Positions 25,530-37,580 of a stretch of DNA of 64,000 nucleotides are shown here, piece by piece. The stretch is from Camelus ferus. Taxonomy: Eukaryota. The translations under genes were made by a program, and so were the position numbers. The stretch is taken from assembly GCF_009834535.1 (NCBI RefSeq), contig NC_045712.1, positions 37,324,001-37,388,000 on the forward strand, given 5' to 3'. Every line of letters begins with the position of its first letter. Within the stretch, counting starts at the first letter, position 1. The notes beneath the pieces were generated by a model that was not told the origin of the DNA, ran no database searches, and was given only the letters and a program-made list of their open reading frames with translations.

Positions 25530-27190
25530 CCAACATTAAAGCCCTATCTCTGGGTCGCTGAGACTCACGAATATCTTCATGACCTTGGAGTTGATAAAGA
25601 AGAGATTTATCAAAAGTACATCTTTTTAAAAACTAAAGGAGAATGCTAAAGTGAACTTTTGGTAAATTGGTACTTCATTAAATTTAAGAGCATCTGTACC
25701 TTAGAAGACAACACTGATAGAATAAAAAGGCAATTCACAGACTGAGAGAAGAAACTTGTAATACTTAAACCTGACAAAGGGCTCATATCCAGAATATGCA
25801 AACAAGCCATTTAAAAACTGGCAAAAGACTTGAACAGGCACTCCATGAAAGAGGATATCCCATTGACCCAGTTAGCTTATGGAAAGGTATGCAGCCTTAT
25901 TAGTATTAGGGAAATTAAAATTAAACACCACAGTGAACTATCATATACCCACAAGACTGGGTAGAATGTTAAAAACAGAATGACAAGTGTTGATATGGAT
26001 GCAGAGACACTGAAACTCTCATGGGCGTTTAAACTTGTACTACCGCTCTGGAAACAGTTCGGCAACATCTACTAAAGGTGAACATACACCTACCTGATTA
26101 TCCCAGAGTTCCCAGCAATGAGTGGATTCACACACCCAAGGACACGTACCAGGATGTTCATTACTGCTTTATTCATCACAGCCCCAAAAGGGAGACAACA
26201 CAATCGTCCATCAGTTATGAACTCAAGGATGTTCACACCATGGACTACTAGGCAGCAGTGATAAAGGACATCGTCCATTGTGCACTAGGACATGAATAAA
26301 TCCCACCGTTGGAGCCCAGCACCAAAAAGCACATGCCTCGTGAGTTCAGTTTTGTAGAGAGCAATGCAGCTGAAACTTAAAAAAAAAAAAAAACCAGCTT
26401 AAACTGACCTCTGGGATAGAAACCAGGATGGTGGTTTTCTCTCGGAGGTGGTAGGGAAAAATATGCCCTAGCCTCTGAAATTTAGAAATCAAAATCATCT
26501 CCCCTGATGCACTGAGAACTTCTGCTTTGCCTTTTGGAGGTAGAAACTTTGAGGACAGGTAGTAAGTCCGAGGAGCCCCTGCATTCCTCACCGTAACCCA
26601 CCCCACTTCTCCCCAGCCGCCAACCAGGCAGGAACCCAGGGAAAGCCCAACCAGGGGCTGATCCACAGTGGCGATTTCATTGTGGTGTCAAGTAAGATTC
26701 CCACTGGCAACTCTGCTTTTCATCTCTTTTTAATTGTACTTATTTATCAATCATTTTCTTAACTCTTACCATGTACTAGGTGCACTGTTCAAAGTAGGTC
26801 ATTATAAATTTAGTGTGTTGCTCATTCATTCATTTAGCCCATTGGGGTCTTAAAATAACAGCTTCTTTTTCATATATCCCAGAGATCTTTACAAATCAAT
26901 ACATAGAGAGCATCCTTATTCTTTTTTTTTTTTTTTTTACAGTTCCTGAGCATTTGTTTCTGTGTATGTGCCATAATTTGTTTATCTTGGGTTGTCTTCA
27001 GTTTCTAACTATCAAAATGCTATAATGAATAACCTTATATATGCACTGTTTTGCATATTTCCAGAAATGGAATTGCTCGGTCAAAGGATATATGTGCATT
27101 TGTAATTTCAGTGAATATTGCCAAATTGTTCTCCATAGGTCTTGTACTATTTTACATGCCTACCTGCAGTGTATGACAGTATGCAGGCAC
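25530..27190. mobile_element. Old LINE-1 fragments (about 25530-26530 sense ORF2 3' end; about 26780-27190 antisense)
   Basis: cctgacaaagggctcatatccagaatatg..aaaaactggcaaaagacttgaacaggcact; aattaaaaccacagtgaactatca; reverse motifs tttccagaaatggaattgctcggtcaaagg. Confidence 0.75.
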
Positions 27191-27214
27191 ATTAAAAAAA
27201 AAAAAAAAGGCTTC

Positions 27215-27415
27215 TTTATTGAGCACTTACTATGTGCCAGGTAGTAAGCTAAGGTTAGTTCTCATGTGAGCCCATGGGAAGGGAAATATATTTGTTCCCA
27301 TTACAGATGAGGAAACAGGCTCAGAGAAGTTAAGTGACTTGTTCAAGGTCACACAGCCAAGTCGGTGGCAGAACTGAGATTTGAAGCCAGATCCTGCATT
27401 ACTCCAAAGCACATG
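27215..27415 (-). mobile_element. MIR SINE
   Basis: tttattgagcacttactatgtgccagg ... ttacagatgaggaaacaggctcagagaagttaagtgacttgttcaaggtcacacagc. Confidence 0.9.
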
Positions 27416-28059
27416 GCTTAGTAGAGTCTCATGACCCTCCAGAACCAATTCACCTTAAGAGACCGGTAGAAGTAATGAGGCCCCAACCTGAGCCCAGTGA
27501 ATCAATCTCTGGCCCCTAGACTGGCCTGAGCAATAGAAGCTTCCACAGCAGTTGTTCAAAATTCGATTCCAGGCCCCACCTGGCACTACAGGGCCAGACT
27601 TCCGGCCCTGCACACAGTAGGTACACACAGCCTGTCTGGGGATGGAAGGAGATCTGGCTGCCTGACAACTCTTCTTCCTTTGGGGAGGTAGGGGAGTCCC
27701 TCACTTCCTTCTGGTCTCTGGGCAAATGTAAGTCACCTCTTCTGGGAAGCCCTCTCTGACCACCCCAGCTTACCCTCTAGGAACTGCTAACACCTTTGCC
27801 TTGCCTCGGTTGGCTTCCTTGCGTTTCTAGGTCTTAAATATGGACTAGGATGAACCATATGGAGTTGTCCTTTATGTAGGTTAAAAATAGTTGAAAATGG
27901 GATATTTCATCTAGTCCATTTAAACACTTCCCGCTACCAGAATGTCAGCTCTGGGAGGGCTGGAGATGTTTGTGTTCACAGCCCAGTCCTCAGACAAAGC
28001 CTGGCACACAGTAGGCACTCAGTAAATGCTGGGTATGTGCTTGAGGGAACCCGACCACC

Positions 28060-28610
28060 CCAGGAGCTCTGTAGCCCACACACCGGCCCCCACGTGGAGC
28101 TGGAGGGAGCTGGAGGGACCGGGGCACCGCCCTGTTCCACGCAATCTCGGGCGCCTTCCCGGTAGCGGCGCCGGGCGGCGGGGTGGGGCTCGCCGTCATC
28201 TATTTACCAGCCTCGCCCCTTCGACGGGCGCGCCGTTAATGAGATTAGCCATTAAAAAGCGGGCGAGCGGCCGCCGCAGAGGCTCGGGGCCACCCCCAGG
28301 CCGAGCCGGGCTGGACGGCGCTCCTGGGCGCCGCGCACCCAGCCCGCCGCGCGCGAGGCCGAGCGCCGAGCTCCGAGCTCCGGGGCCATGGAGAAAGCGC
28401 GGCCGCTGTGGGCCACCCCGCTGCAGTTCGTGTTCGCCTGCATCTCGTATGCGGTGGGCCTGGGCAACGTGTGGCGCTTCCCCTACCTGTGCCAGATGTA
28501 CGGCGGAGGTGAGTGCGGGCGCCCGGGCTGCGCCGTCCCCGCAGGACCCGCGCCGGCGCCTTCCGTGCGGAGTGGCCTGGGGGTGAGCGCTGGGGTTGGT
28601 CCCATATTGC
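28060..28610 (+). promoter_or_regulatory. SLC6A20: CpG island / promoter and first exon of SLC6A20, with TATA-like ATTAAAA at 28251-28257
   Basis: Very high GC and CpG density spanning the ATG at 28388; GC boxes; an AT-rich motif cluster at 28201-28257. Confidence 0.85.
28388..28508 (+). CDS. SLC6A20: SLC6A20 (SIT1/XT3/IMINO) exon 1 CDS, 121 nt: [40 protein letters not shown](G)
   Basis: Kozak ggccATGg; SLC6 signature [12 protein letters not shown]; donor gtgagt at 28509. Confidence 0.98.
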
Positions 28611-30239
28611 ATCCCAGTAAACTGAGGCTCAGAGAGCAAACTTGCCCAAAGTTACAGAGTTGGGAACTGGACCCAGGACACCTCAGTCCACAGCGGGAGC
28701 TCTTGTCCAAAGCGCCTTCCGGAGCCTTTGCAGCCCCAACCCCATCGCTGGTGCGGCCAAGCCCCCCGGCGCACTCTCGTTACCCTTCATTGTCCGTCAG
28801 GCTTCTCTGTGAGCAGTAGGAGGCTCGGGGGACACTATTTTCTTCCCTCGGGAGGAAGAAAGGTGGCAATATATGACTGCTAGTGAGTAATCCTTACATT
28901 TAAGTGTAAAAAGTGAGCAGGAAATTATCTCGTTCAACAGAAACTCGTTATACAACTTTCAGATCAGAGACTTAGATTCCTGGCAGCATGATTTGAAACT
29001 CAGGATAAAAGGATCTTAAACTATTTCTTTAAACGTTTAATCAAAAGATTGGTTGGGGTTTGGAACCACAATAGGCAGGAATGCTAATCTCTCTATTTCA
29101 GTTTTGCTTGTTTTGGGTTTTTACAAATTTTTCCTCTGAAGCATCACAGCACACTCACTAGACAGACAGCAACACACCCACACAGCATTCCTGTACCTTC
29201 CAGGGAGCTGGGTACACCTTCATGACTTGCCAAAGTGAGGGCCAAGTGCTTTTTTTGGAAGGCAAGGCGGCAACAGAGAATGAAGTCTTAGCATTAAAAA
29301 AAAAAAAATTGTTTTTTCAGCTATTCCATTTCTAGAATTCTACCTTTAGGTAGAATTCTAGACAGAAGGTAGACAATAAAAGGATGGCCTCCATCTTTTA
29401 ATAAGAGCAAAACATTGGAAACTTTCTTAGCCCTCAACTAAAGGGAATTGGTTCAATAAATTACGGAACATACACCAGCGGTGCTCTTTGAAGCCATTAA
29501 GTTAGTGTTTGTAGAAAATGTACATGAGTATTTTTTCATATCGTATATTAAGTGGAGGGAGGGAAGTCAGATTCAAAGCGCTATAAAATGGATGGTCAAC
29601 TGTGTTTTAAACTACACAGAGAAAAGAGAATGAAAAAAAAAAAAAAAAAAAACCAAGGGGGAATGCAACAGTAGTTAACTCTGGGTGATTTTTGCTTACC
29701 TTATACTGTGTGTGTGCGTGTGTGTATGATGTCTTCTATAATCAGCATAAGTGGTTTTTTCACCATAAAGGACAATGAACGATGTTAGAGCAAAGTATTT
29801 ACCAAATTTAATCCATTTAAGAAGGCTAAGAAGGCCAAGACCTAAAACGCTGCTTCCTGACCCTCACCCCTCCAGCTCAAAAAAAAGACAAAAGGTTAGT
29901 GTACAGTTTTTTAAAAAGTGCATTCTTAATCCTCTGACTCCTTTTTTGAAATTTGAAACACGTATATACCTCTTAATTATGTTAAGTGCCTGTGTTCCTG
30001 TGTGCTCTGACAGCTTCATAAATGACTTTTGAAAGATTTGTCAACATGAGATTTCCACATCATTTTATGTTCAGCATACCTACTCATGGTACCTTTATCC
30101 TGACTACACATTTCCTGGACATCAGGCCTAGTGAAACTTGCTGTCACATGACTATTTAATTCCTTGTTTCTAACAACACCATCACCCGAATAGTCTGCAG
30201 ATGGACACAGGTAGGGTGGAGTAGTTCTGAAACAGAGTA

Positions 30240-30433
30240 TAGCTGATCCTCCACACAGTCGAAAATCCCTGTGGTTGGCCCTCTGTATCTTCCGTTCCTC
30301 CATATCCGCAGTTCTGCATCCATGGATTCAGCCAACCAGGAATCGTAGTAACGTGGTATGTACTACTGAAAAAAATCCACTCATAAGTGGACCCATGCAG
30401 TTCAAACCCAGTTTTATTCAGGGGTCAGCTGTA
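30240..30433. mobile_element. TcMar-Tigger MITE (Tigger2a/MER8-like)
   Basis: Terminal inverted repeats (t)agctgatcc...ggtcagctg with TA flanks. Reverse reads cagctgacccctgaataaaactgggtttgaactgcatgggtccacttatgagtggatttttt. Confidence 0.8.
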
Positions 30434-30522
30434 TCTACAGAGTTGCCAGGGAAACTGCAAGACCTTCAGAACCCAGGAAAGGAAAGAAGACATCCTGTGC
30501 CTGGTACAGAGTATACTTAGGC

Positions 30523-30635
30523 TGATGGATGGATAGATGATGGTTGACTAGCAGATAGACACTGGGGAGGGGACAGATTGGTGAGTGGATGGATGGATGG
30601 ATGTGTCCAGGATGGACAGATGTAGGATGAATGGG
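30523..30635 (+). repeat. Degenerate (GGAT)n simple repeat
   Basis: gatggatggatagatg...ggatggatggatgg. Confidence 0.8.
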
Positions 30636-31834
30636 TGGTGCCCTCTCAGTCCTAAGTGTCCACAGAACCAAGACCTGGCAGCTTATCCTCGCTCAGTAAG
30701 GACTTGACCACCTAACACCTGCCCCTATTTCCACCTCATTTCCTGCCACTCATCCTCCAGCCCTCAGAACTATTCTGAACAACTCTCCATCAGTGAACGC
30801 CCACTCTTTGCCTCCACACTTTGCACAAGCTATTCCGCCATCTGGGATGCGCTGTCAGCCTGGAGCACTCTCAGCACCTGGTCAGAAGGACTGCACCTTG
30901 TTCTAGAGTTTGTCCCCCATCAGCCCCATCTCTGTGAAGTGGTGGGGTCAGAGGAGGCACCCAGTGAATATTTGTTGGATGAAGGAGCCAGGTCTATTAT
31001 GAAAAGCCACAGAGTTCACGAGCTGGGGATGCTGGTGGTTTTCGCAAGGCTCTCGCTGCCCAATGGCTACAATAAGTGCTTTATGTTTACACACCCGTGC
31101 CTGACGGTAACCAAACACATGGTGAAAAGCCCCAGAAGGGTATCTAACTTCCCTCTACACAGAGCCGTGACTTCCAGCACCCCCATCCCCTGCCAGCCAA
31201 CAAAGAGCTTGTTTATCAACTGTAGAGCCAAGCTGTGCCAAAATACTTACCAGAATAAAAAGGATTAGGGGTCCACGCTGCTTTCCATGAGGTTCTGCCC
31301 ATGACCAGGGAGGCTGGTTTCTTTCCTGCTCTGCGGGCCGGGCCGGCCCGAGGAATGTTAATTCTGAAGATTACATTCCAGGTGCCAACCACCTCTTACA
31401 GCACGTCAGCGCTAGAACAAAGGAAAGGCAGCTGAAGGAACTGCACAAAAGCTCTGCTTGAGAAAGTCAGCAGGTCTTGGCAACTATGTCAAAGTCTAGG
31501 GCCATGGTTGTTCAGGATGAAATTGGGATGCAAACGTGCTGGATACTAACGTGCGGGAAGTGAGTTCACCAGCGGTTGACCTTGTTATAAACAGGCTCAA
31601 ATTGTGGAAGAAACGTGGAGGGATGAGAATAGTTATGTGGCTCACGGAAATGTGGATTTTTTTTTCACCTGTTTTCTCTGTATGATATTTGAACTAGAAA
31701 GAGGGGAAATCAGAGGACACCTGACCAGACAGTGGGACAATGACACTTCCCCTCAAAGCCCTTTCTGCTCCTCCCTGGTGCTTAGATCATTAGATCATTA
31801 GTCTCAGATTTTGCCCACCTAAGTCTCTTGATAA

Positions 31835-31975
31835 ACTACAGACTGCTGGCCCCATCCCTAGAGATTCTGATTTGCAGACCTGCATGGGAGGGCAGGATTC
31901 TGCATTTCTGACAGGCTCCTAAATGATGCCGATGGATGCTGCTGGTCCATGGACCACACTTTAGAGGAATCCCTG
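31835..31975. mobile_element. MER5A-like relic
   Basis: gactgctggccccatccctagagattctgatttg...ctgcatttctgacaggctcctaaatgatgcc...ggaccacacttt. Confidence 0.75.
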
Positions 31976-32723
31976 CCCCCCACCAACCAGGCCACCAGCA
32001 CCTGGGAGCCAGGGAGTGGGGTGCCATTAATGTAGAAAAGCTGGCTTTTGGAAGGAGGAGCAGGACCCAATTTACAGCATTTGCTGATGACCAGGATGTA
32101 AACATTCCCACTATGGCTGATTTCAGGTCACCAATGTCATGTCCAGGAATGTGGGGCTGGAAGAGGTGTGAGGTTCGTGTGAGCCAGTATGAGCCAGCCT
32201 TGGCCCGGCCCTAGAGCCACAGCCCCTCAGGACAGCACACAGCCGGGGCTGAGCCGCACCAGCTCAGTCCACGGAAGGACGGTGGACAGCACCACCGCTG
32301 CTTGCTTGTGCGTGTGTGTGTGCACGTGTGCACGCGTGCTCATTCTCTGGCTCATGGTGTTTTCACAGCACTCCTGGATAGAACAGGAACTTGAGTTTCA
32401 GAGGTTGTAAAGTACCAAACACATTCAATTTGCAAAGTCAACTCAAGATGCCGGGTCCCAGCCATCAGAAAATGTGGCCAGGGCATCCTGGGAGAGGCCA
32501 TATCTGCTGCTCATCCTGAGGTTTCTAGGTTCAATCCTGGTAACAACCAAGCTATCGGGCCCCTAGCATGCGCCAGGCATTTTCTGCAGGTATTCAGTTA
32601 ACTCCTCACAACACTCCTCAAGTCAGTCTCGTCTCCACCCCCCACCCCTCTTAGAGATGGGAATCAAGTTCAGAGAAGAAAAGATGACTTCTGGAGGAGT
32701 AGCTGCGACCACATCTGGGTCTA

Positions 32724-32799
32724 ATCCAGCGCTCTCTCCACAGACCATCCAGCGCTCTCTCCACAGACCATCCAGGGCTCTCTCAGCAGACTATCCAGC
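32724..32799 (+). repeat. 23-bp minisatellite, about 3.3 copies (atccagcgctctctccacagacc)
   Basis: Units 32724-32746 and 32747-32769 are identical, 32770-32792 is diverged, and a partial atccagc follows. Confidence 0.95.
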
Positions 32800-33134
32800 A
32801 TCGTCTCTGATCTGATAAAGGCAGGACAGGCAGGCTGCTGCTGAGGTCCGCACCTTCTCCCAGGACCCTGAGTCACACTTGCCACGGCTCAGGGCACTTC
32901 CTCATGTGGTTCTGGTGTGACACTCAGCCATGGCTTCATCTACACATTGGAGGGGGCCTGGCCAAGTGGCTGATGTCTGCAGCGTCCGTCCATCTGTGAG
33001 GAGCCCTTGTCACTGATGGTCCAGCCTCCTCTCCACTTCTGGAGGAGGTGAAAATGAGGGTTAGGTTGGGGTTAGACCGGGCCATCTACACAGAGCTGGA
33101 GAGGTGCCTCCATTGTGTGTTTCTGCATGACAGA

Positions 33135-33775
33135 CCACTCTAAAATGTCAGGACTTAGAAGGAATGATAGGATTAGAAAAATCACCATTTGGCAACCAAC
33201 ACAATAATAATTGTTTCAGGCAGATGCTAAAACTAGTGGGTGAAGGTCTGATGAGAAATAGGATAGTTACCTAGTCCGGAAACATCTCCCTACAAGACTC
33301 TTAGTAATTGCAAAGGGGAAAACAGTAAGAGAAACCAGGTAGACCCCTCCAAACCTAGTGAGCAAAGTTAACGTTGCCCAGCATGGGGCAAATCAACATC
33401 ACATGCCTCTGGACAAAGACCCGGCTCCTTTAGTGTTCCTGCCGAAACCCCAAATGAGGGACATTCCACAGAGTAACCGACTGGCGTCTCCAGCATGTCA
33501 AGGTCATGAGAGACAAAGACAGAGTGTGGTGCTGTCCCAGATTAAAGGAGGCCAACAGACATGGCACAGGCCGTATGCGATCGTGAGCCGGATTTGAGAC
33601 CAGGGAAAGGCCATTAGTGGAGTAATTGGTAAAATGCCAGTAAGGTCTGCAGATAAAATAATAGATCTGTGTCAGTGTTGACTTCCTGATTTTGCTCTAT
33701 GCACTGAGATTATGGAAGAGAATGTCTTTGTTTTTAGGAAATACATATTGAAGTATTAAGAGGTAAAAAGGAAAA
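33135..33775 (+). mobile_element. LINE-1 3' UTR (L1MC4-like)
   Basis: ggattagaaaaatcaccatttggcaacca..., gtcaaggtcatgagagacaaag..., tgtttttaggaaatacatattgaagtatt. Confidence 0.75.
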
Positions 33776-33780
33776 AGGAA

Positions 33781-34075
33781 GTTGTGGCTGAAACAATTAA
33801 CTTATTTCTCCCACTTCTGTGAGGGGCTGGGTGTTTCTCTGCCGGTTTCGTTTGGCCTGGCTCAAGCAGCTCCATTGGCTGGTGGGTCGGCTGGGCTGGA
33901 AGGTACTCACATGTTGGCAGCTGATGCTGAGTTGGCTGGGACCCTCCTCCACGTGGCCCTTTATCCCAGGTAGCTTGGACCAGCTTCCATACATGGTGGT
34001 CTCAGGGCTGCACTCCAAGATGATGAAGGTGAAGCTGTAAGCTACCTTGAGGCCTGGGCTCTGGAACCACCATGG
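33781..34075 (-). mobile_element. MLT1-type MaLR LTR
   Basis: gaaacaattaacttatttctcccacttctgtg..., cctccacgtggcc..., cttccatacatggtggtctcaggg. Confidence 0.7.
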
Positions 34076-34394
34076 CACCCTCTTCCCCACTTCCTACTGG
34101 ACAAAGCAAGCCCCAGGGTCAGCCCAGATCCACGGGTGGAAACAGACTTCACCTCTTCCCGGGAGCGGCTGCAGAGTGTGTGGCCATGTTTAGTCTCCAG
34201 CACTGTGCCCCACCGAGATGCAACAACATCGAGGGTGCAAACACGCCGTTTTTCAGGCCTCTGTCTGCCTCTCCCTGATGCCAGGGTCTCCCATACAGAT
34301 CCAGGGGCAGAGTGTGACGTAAGAGGAGCATGAGGAGCAGTTCAGTCAGAAGAGGGTTGGTCAGTAGTCTTGTTCTCAAACTGGTCACTAAACA

Positions 34395-35605
34395 ATTTTC
34401 TGTTATTGTGATATGTTTGCATGCAGAATAACTCACTTGTTTTGGTGTACAGTTCTATGAATTGTGACAAATACATGAAGTTGTGTTATCACTACCAAAA
34501 TCATATCCATTGTAGTCAGCCCCCCCCCCAGCCCCCAGCAATTGTAGGTCTGTCTTTTGTCCCAATAGTGTTGTCTTTTCTGGGATGTCATATAAATGGA
34601 ATTACACAGTATGTAGCCTTTTGAATCCAGCATCTTTCACTGAGCATAATGCTTTTGAGATTCTCCCATGTTGTTGCATGAATCAGTAGTTTGTTCCTTT
34701 TTATTAGCTGAGTAATATTCTGTTGTATGGATGTAGCAGAGTTTATTTCTCCATTCACTCACTGAAGGTCAGTTAGGCTGTTTCCAATTTAAGACAACCA
34801 TGAATGCGGACACTGTAAACATTCGTGTGTAGGTCTTGGTGTGAACATTAGTTTTTATTTCTCTAGAGTAAATACCTAGGCATGGGATTGCTGGGTCATA
34901 CAGTGAACGTCTGCTTAACTTCATCAGAAACTGCCAAACTGCATTACAGAGTGGCTGCACCATTGTACACTTCCCCTAGCAGAGTCCCTCCACATCCTCG
35001 GCAGCACATGGAATTGCCAGCATTTCCTGTTTTAGCTGTTCTAATAAGTGTGTAGCATCATCTTATTGTGGTTTGAATGTGCCTTTTCGTGCTGAGCACC
35101 AATACTGAACATCTTCGTGTGCTAGTTTGCCATTCACATATTTTCTTTGGTGAAATGTCTGTTCACATTTTTTTGTACATTTTAAAAATGAGTTCCTTGT
35201 TTTCTCATTATTGAGTTTTGAGAGTTCTATATATATTCTAGATACAAAGGCTTTGCCACATACATGTTTTGAAAATATTTTCACCCAGTAGCTTGTCTTT
35301 TTACTCTCCTGACAATGTTGTTTATGGAGCACAGTTTTAAAGTGAAGTCTAATATTTTATGAAGATATATCAACATTTTCTTTCACAGATAATGTTTCNN
35401 NNNNNNNNNNNNNNNNNNNNNNNNNNNNNNNNNNNNNNNNNNNNNNNNNNNNNNNNNNNNNNNNNNNNNNNNNNNNNNNNNNNNNNNNNNNNNNNNNNNN
35501 NNNNNNNNNNNNNNNNNNNNNNNNNNNNNNNNNTAAAATGTGAGGTATGGATTGAAGTTCATTTTTTCCTGCATATAGATATTCGCTTGTTCTGGCATCA
35601 TTTGT
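34395..35605 (-). mobile_element. LINE-1 3' region (antisense), with N gap 35399-35533
   Basis: cataatgcttttgagattctcccatgttgttgcatg..., gtaaatacctaggcatgggattgctgggtcatac..., aaactgccaaactgcattacagagtggctgcaccatt. Confidence 0.85.
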
Positions 35606-37314
35606 CGAGGCAGTGAAAGTGGAGCAGATCCACTGGGAGAGTGTGTCTGGCTGGCTGGTTGCGCAGTGGGAGGGGTGAAAGAATCACTGGAGGGCAGGGC
35701 TGAAGAGCCCTCATTCCCATCTGGGCGCCTGGCCTTGGATTTCCGACCTGCCCGTGGGCAGCGGACCATCAGGCCCTGGGAAAGAGGAAAGCCTTCCGTG
35801 GACCATTCCGGCCTCCTGTGGTTACTGTTTAACACCTTGGGTGAAAATAAGCTTTTCTTATAACCAGTGAGGGTTTGAATGTTGCTCCAAGCAGGTTGTC
35901 CCAACGCTACCTATCTTGATAGGTATGTGGTGGGTGAGAGCCCCTGATGGCCTCTTGGACTCCTTGCTGTTGAGAGGACCTGGGGTAAGAGGCTGAAACA
36001 CGTTTCTCCTGGGCAGGAAGGGAGCAAGGAAGGGCCCGGCAGCGTCTTCAACACAAGAGCCCAGAAATGAGAGGGCAGGATTTGTTGTAGCCCCGGTGTG
36101 AGCAGAGCGGATGGAGACCTGGCGGTGTGGGGCTCACGTTCCCGAGCACACAGCCGCTGCCTTTCTCTCCGTGGGGAGGGAGCCTGGGGTGGGAGGACGG
36201 GAGGCTCTGCTTGGCCTTTCTGCTTCTGGGCTCATCTTCCCAGTGGAATGTCCTGCAGCTACTTACGGAGTCAGGTGGAGGTGCTTGGGGTAGCCCAGAG
36301 AGTGATGGTGCGATCCTGTTGAGGGAGAAAAGTGGGCTGTAAGGCCGCACGTACATACAACGGAGGCATTTTTGTAAATACCAGATGTTTCTATGAGCAT
36401 ATGTATTGTGTTGTTTACCCTAATACTTTCAGAGCCAGTTCCTCCTGTAAGCAGCCTTTAATCCCTGCATCTGTAGGGTCAGGGTTTTATTTTAATCAGA
36501 AGTCTTGCCCTCTTCTCCTAGTGAACTTTTTTCAGGTCCACTGCCAAGGAGCCAGGAACTGAGGGAGGAATGGCCGAGGGGCTGCGGAGGAGGGGGCCGA
36601 GACCAACCGGAGAAGCAGTGGCTCAGCTGCCGGCGGGGACAGCCGGTGTGGGGGACCTCCCAACAGGCTGCCATCCTTTGTCCATGTGTCTGGCGGTGGT
36701 GGGGGGGGGTGCCTTTCATGGCTCCAATCATACCCTCTGGCTCCCCACTATCATGGGGGCATTTGTCTGCAGGTGGCTCCTTGGAAACCAGTGGGTTTAA
36801 AATTTGTATTGGTATAGTACCTTTATTAAAATGAAATTTTAGGCTGAAGGCCACTGTATAAAATGGATAAACACAACGAAGGTGCTCTGTAAAGGAAGGT
36901 GAAACTCCTCTGCCCACGTGATCCCTCGTGGGCTAGGAGCAGGGCTGCTAACCTCCCATCCACCCCACACCCAGTTTAGGGCCCAGCTCAGAGGAAGGTT
37001 TAGTGAAACGGTTGTTTAACGTAACACCTCCTGTGGGCACCATCAGGGCTGTGCGAAAAGCCCAAAGGAAGTGTGTGGAGGTGGACGGCTGGATGGACAG
37101 ATTCAGGAATGATGTTCAGAACATTTAACCATGCAGTGGTCCAGGCTCTGATCAACCATTAGTTGCTGCAACAGAAGATGGAATGGGGGTTTCTGGCCGA
37201 GGGGCTGGGGCAGCTGAGGCATTGAGGAAGGCACTCATGGGGCTTGGGACAGCAGCAGTCTACCACCCAGAATGGAAGTATTTAAAGATTTTAACAACTG
37301 ATCTGGCCACATGT

Positions 37315-37580
37315 CATCCATGGATAGATGGATGAGTAGAAAGATAGAAGGATGGTTGGATGGATGGATGGAAGACAAAAGAGTGGATATTGGAAGAATG
37401 GAGGATGAGTAGAAAGATAGGCAGATGGATTCTGAAGGAAAGATAAAAGAAGACCGGATGGAGGATGGTTGGATGGATGGATGGATGGATGAATGGAAGA
37501 TAGGTGGATGGATGGAAAGGCAGAAGGATGAATGGACAAGTGGAAAGACTGAGGGAAGAAAGGGAGGATGAATGGAAGGA
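37315..37580 (+). repeat. Purine-rich degenerate (GGAT/GGAA)n repeat with higher-order duplication
   Basis: ggatgagtagaaagatag occurs at 37330-37347 and 37403-37420; ggatggttggatggatggatg occurs twice. Confidence 0.85.

Larger units (their letters stand above)
8314..35533. other. Six assembly gaps (N runs): 8314-8710, 8968-9128, 15120-15358, 22246-22377, 23266-23400, 35399-35533
   Basis: Direct reading; the coordinates given are the span from the first to the last gap. Confidence 0.98.

Noticed and set aside
28026-28639. 186-aa (+) and 147-aa (-) ORFs over the promoter
   Set aside because: Low stop-codon frequency in a CpG island; Arg/Gly/Pro/Ala-rich with no recognisable domain.
32724-32799. 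CRISPR-like direct repeats
   Set aside because: The units are head-to-tail with no spacers, the context is a mammalian intron, and there are no cas genes.
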